In this document: positions 57,662-64,000 of the stretch, one piece after another
Layout of the letters: the number at the start of each line of letters is the position of its first letter
Position numbering within the stretch: the stretch's first letter is position 1
Assembly (NCBI GenBank): GCA_902495005.1
Contig: CABUVL010000002.1
Span: 3,865-67,864 of the forward strand
Direction: 5' to 3'
From: an uncultured Verrucomicrobiota bacterium
Lineage (GTDB): Bacteria > Verrucomicrobiota > Verrucomicrobiia > Opitutales > UBA9783
Length of the DNA: 64,000 bases
The notes under the pieces: model-generated
Told to the model about the DNA's origin: nothing
The model's input: the letters and a program-made list of their open reading frames with translations, nothing else
Database searches by the model: none
Made by a program: the position numbers and the translations under genes

Positions 57662-60064
57662 ATGAGTTTTTCGATAAGCTCGAATAGGGTGACACATGAG
57701 CAAGCCTTGCCCAATGGGATTGCTCAAGGGGGTGCGGCATTGTCTTTAAATCCTTCTCATGAGATGCCAACAGCGCCAAGTGTGGGTAGTGAAATGCCTG
57801 CGATGGCGCTCACGGAGGTGCCTTTTCAAAATAATGTAAATCAGTTGACGGCGTTGGGGACAGTTTCTGCGGGAGGTACACATCCGCACATACAAGACAA
57901 CGAACTTCAGCGAGATATTCATCAAGCTTTGTCAACGAAGCCATTTTCGGCGGAAGCCAATAACGCGTTGTTAACTTATTTGAAAGGTGAAGGATGCATT
58001 AAGGCCGATGGAGGGATTGATTTCCTGCAGGTGATGCAGCAAGCGAGAGCGGCTCACCCGGATGAGATTAAAATGTCGGATGCGGAGATGATGGCGGCAA
58101 TCGCGCAGGCCAAAATTAAGGGTACATTTACCTTACGAAGCGATGGCAGTTTGAGCACGAGCATTTCGGGGGTATGCTGTGATGCGGCCAGTCAAATACT
58201 TGAGGCATTAAAGAGTAGGGTAGAGGCGTTTACGGCACCGGGGGCGGATGGAGAACCGTATGCAAGTCAACTTTCATTAAATCTTCCCAGCATGGGGGTT
58301 AAGACGCCCAGCAGTGAAGATTTAAGTGTCCTTCAGTCGGGGGGGCAAATTACCTACAAGCCCGTTGGTGACAAAAAAACCTTGAAGCTTGTGGTAGATC
58401 CAAGGTTAAACGAGTCGGACGGAAGATTAAATATAGCCGTGATGGATAACCGACTGTCGCATTTAAGTTCTTCGTGCGAAATTCCGCTGTCGTCGGTATT
58501 TGAAGGGAAGCCCTTTAACGATAATCGGGCACTTGTGAATGGAAGTGGTATTTGGTCTGATTGGCGTGCGGGGTGCGCATTGTTGCCGAAGGAACGTAGT
58601 TATAAGGCGGCGGTTCCGTTTACGATGACTTGGGATGCGCTATTGGCCTCCGGTAAAGATACGATGAATGATCCTGAACGCCTCAAAGCTCAGACAACCT
58701 TATGGGAGAAAACGTTCGATTACTTAAGCTTGCTTGAAACGTCACAACCTAAGTTAGAAGCTAAGCCGCTTGTCGGCAATTCCATTGCCTTATTGACTAA
58801 CCCCGAACGTGAGAATTTAACTCCGGCCCAAAATCCGTTAACATTTGATCATATCTCGAATGAGCCAATTGAGGGGGAGGATTACAAGCTTAACACCGAT
58901 CACGTGGAGGCTCATGATGATTTTGATGCTGAAATAAACAATTTATTAAATGCATTTAATGAAGTTGTTGCTGAGCAAGATGTTGTTTTAAATGAAACTT
59001 CGGGGCCTGTGTCGAACGTGCAAACGAAGTTAGAAGCCAAGACTATTGCCAATAATACCGTGGATCTGCTGCCCAATCCGCAGCACGAGGTTAAGCTCCC
59101 GCAGTCAAACGTTAATGACGCAAATTTTGTTACAAGCCCTGGCGTTGGACAAGATGCATCCGATAATTTATTGGAAGCACTCAATCATTTTTCAACAGCA
59201 CTTAAGGGCCTTGGCCAAGATGCATCGCTCAATGCGTCTTCGCAGGACAATTTAGGTGCGGCTAAGGCGCTTACAGAACCACTTACACAATTGTTGTCCA
59301 ATCTTAAAAACCAGCCGGGATCTGCTTTGTCACGTGAAAAGGCGTCGTCTTTACGGGGTGCCGTCAATCACTTAAAGTCTCAATCGGTTGCTCAGGATGG
59401 TGAGCTGTTGAATTTGTTGAATCAGTTGGAAGAGCAATTGAGGTCTCTATCAAAAGAGGAGCATGCTAATGTACCTGCGGCAGAAACTGCAACTTCGACA
59501 GATAGTCCATTGAATGTGTCTAATGGGCAGGCGTTTAATCTTGCCGGGCAAAATGTGGTTTCGAATGAAGCTCCGGGTCTTGCGTCGAACGTGCAAACGA
59601 AGTTAGAGGCCAAGCCAATCGCCCACAGTTCTGTCGATCTGCAGCCCAATCCACAGCGTGAGCTTGATACCGACAAAACAATTGCAAAAACGAATGAAAG
59701 CGAGACGCAGATCGCTGATTTGAATGCCAAGTTGAAGCTGTTTACAGGGCAAATGAATAGCATTCGAAATGCGACTCAACCGTCGTTGGCCAGCATAAGA
59801 GATTGTTACAGCGCGGCGAAATCTTATGCGGATGGCGTACTCAATCATGCAAATTCCGAGCTGCGTGCCGCGTATGAGCAAGCATTAAATGAAAAGTTAC
59901 TTGTGCCTTTGGAGAAGGGGCTTTCGGAAGCTATTGATAACAAGTATGAAAATGCTATGAGTAATTTGCCAGAGAGGGATGCGATCTTTCATAAAAGGTT
60001 AAGTTTTATGGACAAAATTAACCATCTCGTTGCTGAGCAGACCCGCCGTGGCAGGACTTTGTAA
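57662..60064 (+). CDS. Large repeat-containing hypothetical protein (candidate T3SS substrate)
   Basis: 800 aa. No Sec signal, Ser/Asn/Pro-rich disordered N-terminus, three copies of a ..KLEAKP(I/L)..(S/N).(V/I).L(L).NP(Q/E)RE module, helical C-terminus. GGAGGGG ribosome-binding site. Confidence 0.6.
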   Translation: MSFSISSNRVTHEQALPNGIAQGGAALSLNPSHEMPTAPSVGSEMPAMALTEVPFQNNVNQLTALGTVSAGGTHPHIQDNELQRDIHQALSTKPFSAEANNALLTYLKGEGCIKADGGIDFLQVMQQARAAHPDEIKMSDAEMMAAIAQAKIKGTFTLRSDGSLSTSISGVCCDAASQILEALKSRVEAFTAPGADGEPYASQLSLNLPSMGVKTPSSEDLSVLQSGGQITYKPVGDKKTLKLVVDPRLNESDGRLNIAVMDNRLSHLSSSCEIPLSSVFEGKPFNDNRALVNGSGIWSDWRAGCALLPKERSYKAAVPFTMTWDALLASGKDTMNDPERLKAQTTLWEKTFDYLSLLETSQPKLEAKPLVGNSIALLTNPERENLTPAQNPLTFDHISNEPIEGEDYKLNTDHVEAHDDFDAEINNLLNAFNEVVAEQDVVLNETSGPVSNVQTKLEAKTIANNTVDLLPNPQHEVKLPQSNVNDANFVTSPGVGQDASDNLLEALNHFSTALKGLGQDASLNASSQDNLGAAKALTEPLTQLLSNLKNQPGSALSREKASSLRGAVNHLKSQSVAQDGELLNLLNQLEEQLRSLSKEEHANVPAAETATSTDSPLNVSNGQAFNLAGQNVVSNEAPGLASNVQTKLEAKPIAHSSVDLQPNPQRELDTDKTIAKTNESETQIADLNAKLKLFTGQMNSIRNATQPSLASIRDCYSAAKSYADGVLNHANSELRAAYEQALNEKLLVPLEKGLSEAIDNKYENAMSNLPERDAIFHKRLSFMDKINHLVAEQTRRGRTL
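59011..59089 (+). repeat. Intragenic 79-bp repeat, copy 2
   Basis: gtcgaacgtgcaaacgaagttaga..gatctgc.gcccaatcc.cagc..gag, about 80% identical to 59584-59662. A weaker first copy lies at about 58741-58815. Confidence 0.85.
59584..59662 (+). repeat. Intragenic 79-bp repeat, copy 3
   Basis: In-frame copy 573 bp (191 codons) downstream of copy 2. Confidence 0.85.
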
Positions 60065-60116
60065 TTATCGAGTGAGATAAGGTAAAAAGTTTTTAGCTTT
60101 GTTAGTGTTTTTTATA

Positions 60117-60267
60117 TTATTTTTTCTTGCAAAAAAAGATTTGAGGCTTTTAATATAATTCCTGGTAGAAACAATTTTTTTACTTTCAGTTTTTACATTC
60201 ATATTTTTTTAGTATTGTCCGCTGCAGATGTGTTCCTGAGGAGGGTGTACATCTGCGGCGGTTTTTA
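60117..60267 (+). ncRNA. Unit B: candidate small-RNA gene paralogous to unit A
   Basis: T-run-CTTGCAA (60127-60132), 18 nt, TAATAT. 13-bp hairpin at 60219-60261 with loop containing CCTGAGGAGGGTG, then TTTTTA. It starts about 50 nt after the stop of the 800-aa gene. Confidence 0.4.
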
Positions 60268-60727
60268 TTTCCTAGGGGGTGTTGTGTTGGATGGCCCTTG
60301 AACGTCTGCATTGATTATTGGCGCGAAGATCTCTCTACCTTATGCCTGAATGATAATAACGGTTTGTGCGATTGTATTTTAAGGGTGCCAGATCATATCG
60401 CTTTGATGGATTGGGGCTGTTTTTGGATCGCATCTCCAATGGTGGTGACACTAAATCCCTGTATTTTAGCGGAGAGCAAGGGCTTAGGGCTTGTTATGGA
60501 AGGATTGTAATCTTTTTGAGCGTAACCCTGCCCTTAAATATTTTCAATGTAAGTCGGACAATTTTACTGACGGCGCTACGTTCTTATGCTTAATGGGTGG
60601 AAGCGGATGGGTAAATGCACGGTGAAGTAATTTTTTGGCGTGTTGATTGCAATTTTTAATACTTTATTACGTGCCTTGTTTAAAAAAATCTTTTCTTTGT
60701 AGCATTTTTATCATATGATATAAAATC

Positions 60728-62104
60728 ATGGCTCCATTACTGGAACAGGTCCAAACGCAGTCACAGTTACTGGCACCACAGTTGCGACAATCGTTGAAGG
60801 TGTTGCAGGTGTCTGCCGTTGACTTGCGTAATGTGGTTGCGGAAGAGCTTCAAATGAACCCAACCCTCGAGGAACTGTCCCCTAATGAAGTGAGCTTAGA
60901 TGACGTGCAACCGAATGAAAAATTGTCGGATGACGAATGGGATTCGTACGAAGATAATGACGTGGGTGCAAAGTTGCATCATGTGGCAGATAGCTCAAAG
61001 CATGATTTTTTAATGAACTCGTTGGTGGCAGACGTTTCTTTGGAAGATCATTTGCGTCAACAAATTGGTTGCTTGGCCGTGTCGAAAGATGTCGAAAAAG
61101 TGCTCAATTTCTTGGTCGGCAGCCTCAATGATAAGGGCTTCTTAACTTTGACGAATGAGGAAATTGAAAGGCAAATGCTGCTTTCTCCAAAGGTGATTCA
61201 GTCTGCCATTGATGTCTTAAAACAATTGGATCCACCGGGTGTTGGCTGCAGCGATGTGCGTACATCCCTCTTGCAACAGTTGCGATTGCGGCACAGGGAA
61301 AACTCATTGGCTTTTACAATTTTAGACCAGTATTACTCGCAATTTTTGCACAATCGTGTGCTCGATATCGCTCGAGATCTCTCCATTTCGGCTGAGGCGG
61401 TCTACAGTGCCATTCGTGAAATTGCGAGCTTGGATTTGGCGCCCGGTCGGCGCTTCGAAGTGCAACACGTCCAGTCCATTATTCCAGACGTCTTGATTTA
61501 TAAAAACCATTTGCAGGAGTGGGTCGTTAGCATGAATAATTATTACATCCCTCGCCTGTGCATCGGTTCGCATTATCAACAGCTTTTGAGCTCCAGTACC
61601 TTGAACGATTCGGACAAAAAGTACTTGCGTATGAAAATGCGTTCGGGCCGCTTTTTGATTCAATCCATTGCACATCGCCAAAAGACGATCGAACGTATCG
61701 CGTACGCCTTGCTTCGACAACAAAGGGATTTTTTTGAAAATGGACCCAATGCGTTAAAACCGTTGACGCTTCAAACCATTGCGACAGAAATCGATGTCCA
61801 TCAAACCACTGTAAGCCGTGCGGTCGCCAATAAATTTGTACAGACGCCTCACGGCTTGTTCGGCTTTAAATATTTTTTTATAAATGGATTGAATTCGTAC
61901 AGTGGAGCTGCTATTGCTAATACTATCATAAAACGACAAATTCAAAAAGTTATTGAACAGGAGGACAAAAAGGCTCCTGTGAGTGACCAGCGAATTGTTG
62001 AAATTTTGGCGCAGAATAATGTGCAAGTCGCCCGCAGAACGATCGCGAAATACCGCGAATTGCTGGGGATTCCGCCTACTTTCTTGCGTCGCGTCTATGA
62101 CTAG
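60728..62104 (+). CDS. rpoN: RNA polymerase sigma-54 factor
   Basis: 458 aa. Region I LAPQLRQSLKVLQVSAVDL, acidic region II, C-terminal HTH, and RpoN box ARRTIAKYRELLGIP. Confidence 0.92.
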   Translation: MAPLLEQVQTQSQLLAPQLRQSLKVLQVSAVDLRNVVAEELQMNPTLEELSPNEVSLDDVQPNEKLSDDEWDSYEDNDVGAKLHHVADSSKHDFLMNSLVADVSLEDHLRQQIGCLAVSKDVEKVLNFLVGSLNDKGFLTLTNEEIERQMLLSPKVIQSAIDVLKQLDPPGVGCSDVRTSLLQQLRLRHRENSLAFTILDQYYSQFLHNRVLDIARDLSISAEAVYSAIREIASLDLAPGRRFEVQHVQSIIPDVLIYKNHLQEWVVSMNNYYIPRLCIGSHYQQLLSSSTLNDSDKKYLRMKMRSGRFLIQSIAHRQKTIERIAYALLRQQRDFFENGPNALKPLTLQTIATEIDVHQTTVSRAVANKFVQTPHGLFGFKYFFINGLNSYSGAAIANTIIKRQIQKVIEQEDKKAPVSDQRIVEILAQNNVQVARRTIAKYRELLGIPPTFLRRVYD

Positions 62105-62105
62105 T

Positions 62106-63305
62106 ATGAATATTCACGAGTACCAAGCCAAATCGTTGTTAAAACAGTTCCAAGTCGCTACCCCCAAGGGCTTTTTCTTAGAGACCAATGAGCTCGCGTA
62201 CGTCGATAAAATTCTGGAGAATTTTGCGGATGATAAGCCCGTGATCGTTAAGGCGCAAATCCATGCCGGAGGTCGTGGAAAAGGTCATTTTATTGAGAAT
62301 GGTCGCCATGGTGTCCAATGCGCTAAAACAAAGTCGGAGGGCTACGATTGTATTGCGGCAATGGTCGGCCAAACGCTCGTTACCGTTCAAACCGGTCCGC
62401 GCGGGAAACGTGTGCACAACGTTTACTTGGAGGAGGGGGTTCAACGCAGCCGCGAATTTTACGTCTCTATTGTGGTGGACCGCGAACATAATTGCCCTAC
62501 CTTGATTGCGGCGATTGAAGGCGGCGGCGAAATCGAAGAATTGGCGCAAACGGCCCCTGAAAAGATTTTGAAGGTTTTTATCGATTCGTGCATAGGTCTT
62601 CAGGATTATCAGGCCCGCGAAGTTGCGTTTTTTTTGCAATTGCCCCTAAAGGCGTTTGAAGAGGCTGTTCGTACGCTGAAAAATTTGTACCGCTTGTTCG
62701 TTCAGACGGATGCGACTTGTGTCGAAATTAATCCGTGGGTGTTGAATGAACAAGATCAACTGCTCGCCTTGGACGCAAAAATCCAATTTGACGACAACGC
62801 GCTCTTCCGGCATAAAGATTTTTTACAATTAATGGATCCGAAGGAGAAGGACGATAAAGAAAATGAGGCGGATAAGGCGCATCTCAATTACGTTGCTTTG
62901 GATGGCAATATCGCCTGCTTGGTGAATGGCGCGGGATTGGCGATGGCGACCATGGACATCATTAAGCACTTCGGCGGAGAGCCGGCTAATTTCCTCGACG
63001 TGGGGGGCGGGGCGAATGCCGAACAAATGCAGGCTGCTTTCAAGATAATTTTAAAAGATCCCAATGTCCGCGGTATTTTTATCAACGTGTTCGGCGGTAT
63101 TTTGAAGTGCGACTTGTTGGCGGAATCTATCGTCAAGGCGGCCAGCGCTGTACAGTTGAATTTGCCTTTGGTGGTGCGATTACGTGGAACAAATGTCGAA
63201 CGGGCACAAGAAATTTTACAGGCCAGTCATCTGCCGCTCATTTCAATTCATGAATTGGAGGCCGCTGCAAAGGAAATTGTACAACGCGTAAAGGAGCAAT
63301 TATGA
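62106..63305 (+). CDS. sucC: Succinyl-CoA synthetase beta subunit
   Basis: 399 aa from MNIHEYQAKSLL (the track start 61983 overlaps rpoN). ATP-grasp plus ligase-CoA domains. Confidence 0.95.
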   Translation: MNIHEYQAKSLLKQFQVATPKGFFLETNELAYVDKILENFADDKPVIVKAQIHAGGRGKGHFIENGRHGVQCAKTKSEGYDCIAAMVGQTLVTVQTGPRGKRVHNVYLEEGVQRSREFYVSIVVDREHNCPTLIAAIEGGGEIEELAQTAPEKILKVFIDSCIGLQDYQAREVAFFLQLPLKAFEEAVRTLKNLYRLFVQTDATCVEINPWVLNEQDQLLALDAKIQFDDNALFRHKDFLQLMDPKEKDDKENEADKAHLNYVALDGNIACLVNGAGLAMATMDIIKHFGGEPANFLDVGGGANAEQMQAAFKIILKDPNVRGIFINVFGGILKCDLLAESIVKAASAVQLNLPLVVRLRGTNVERAQEILQASHLPLISIHELEAAAKEIVQRVKEQL

Positions 63306-64000
63306 GCGTTTTTATCGGTGCAAATACACGCATTTTGGTGCAGGGAATTACGGGTAAGAGTGGCCTTGTCCACGCTGAATATTGCTTGAAATACGGCAGT
63401 AAAATTGTGGCGGGGGTAACGCCTCACAAAGGTAATAGCTCGGTACTAAATGGAATACCCGTATTTAATACGGTCAAGGAAGCCGTCAAGGAAACCGCGG
63501 CCAACGCATCTTTAATCTTGGTTCCATCCGCCTGCGCGGCAGATTCCATTTTAGAGGCGATTGACGCTGGACTTGATTGCGTTGTTTGCATCACAGAGGG
63601 GATCCCCGTGCACGATATGATGCGCGTAAAACAGAAATTAACTCATTCACACACACGCTTAATTGGACCTAATTGCCCCGGCATCATTATTCCAGGGGTT
63701 TGTAAAATGGGCATTATGCCGGATTCCATCTGCAAGCCGGGCAATGTGGGCGTTGTGTCTCGCTCGGGCACGTTGATGTACGAAGCGATCGATCAACTGT
63801 CAGCGCGCGGTTATGGACAATCCGCCTGCGTTGGTATTGGAGGCGATCCCATTGTGGGGACCCAGTTTGTTGAAGTCTTAGAGGCCTTTAACCACGATCC
63901 GCAAACGGCCGGCATTATTTTAATTGGAGAAATTGGTGGTTCGGGGGAAGAGCGCGCCGCCGAATACATTCAAAAGCACGTAAATAAACCCGTGGCCGCG
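63302..64000 (+). CDS. sucD: Succinyl-CoA synthetase alpha subunit (3-prime truncated by the window edge)
   Basis: MSVFIGANTRILVQGITGKSG..., SRSGTLMYEA. ATGA overlap with sucC. The ORF runs off the window end. Confidence 0.95.
   Translation, partial: MSVFIGANTRILVQGITGKSGLVHAEYCLKYGSKIVAGVTPHKGNSSVLNGIPVFNTVKEAVKETAANASLILVPSACAADSILEAIDAGLDCVVCITEGIPVHDMMRVKQKLTHSHTRLIGPNCPGIIIPGVCKMGIMPDSICKPGNVGVVSRSGTLMYEAIDQLSARGYGQSACVGIGGDPIVGTQFVEVLEAFNHDPQTAGIILIGEIGGSGEERAAEYIQKHVNKPVAA

Noticed and set aside
59011-59662. The 79-bp repeat pair inside the 800-aa gene as a possible diversity-generating retroelement template/variable pair.
   Set aside because: Mismatches between the copies involve all base types and are not adenine-specific. 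Both copies are in-frame parts of the same CDS, and no reverse transcriptase gene is nearby.
60691-60730. Possible leaderless or Shine-Dalgarno-less rpoN (ATATAAAATC immediately before the ATG, with TATGAT at 60714-60719).
   Set aside because: No acceptable -35 element lies at the right spacing. Several other genes here also have weak ribosome-binding sites. This is not supportable without 5-prime-end data.

Overview
This is a 64-kb bacterial chromosomal window mixing housekeeping genes with accessory blocks. GC looks mid-40s % by eye, and the accessory blocks are visibly more AT-rich. I cannot assign a taxon from the sequence alone. Housekeeping content: rluD-rplU-rpmA, tsf-rpsB, ppdK, rsmG, tRNA-Pro, dnaK-groES-groEL, mcsB-clpC-(chaperone)-cysS, tRNA-Val, type-B L36/L31, an ABC permease, uppP, a pyrimidine-nucleoside phosphorylase, a DUF721 protein, rpoN and sucCD. 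Accessory content: (i) An AT-rich pilM-N-O-P-Q-like secretin operon (12.5-17.1 kb) sits behind a near-consensus sigma-54 promoter. That promoter is paired divergently with a second one in front of dnaK. (ii) A tightly packed 13-gene type III secretion (injectisome) operon spans 32.4-41.9 kb, collinear with Yersinia ysc genes: sctD, yscE-like, sctF, yscG-like, sctI-J-K-L-N-O-P-Q-R. It lacks sctC, sctV and sctW. Its missing sctS-T-U genes lie about 18 kb away, tail-to-tail with an NtrC-type sigma-54 activator and about 8 kb from rpoN. (iii) Candidate T3SS cargo and accessory genes: a CesT-type chaperone embedded in the mcsB-clpC operon, an EspB/YopD-like translocator candidate, a 454-aa protein with 20 Cys including a CC..CCCC cluster, and an 800-aa repeat protein. 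(iv) A family of repeated intergenic elements, including two paralogous promoter-plus-hairpin units that look like small-RNA genes. A 34-bp exact (about 55-bp imperfect) direct repeat also brackets the Cys-rich gene. I saw no rRNA, CRISPR array, transposase or integrase. All protein calls rest on motif recognition and gene order by eye, with no database search.
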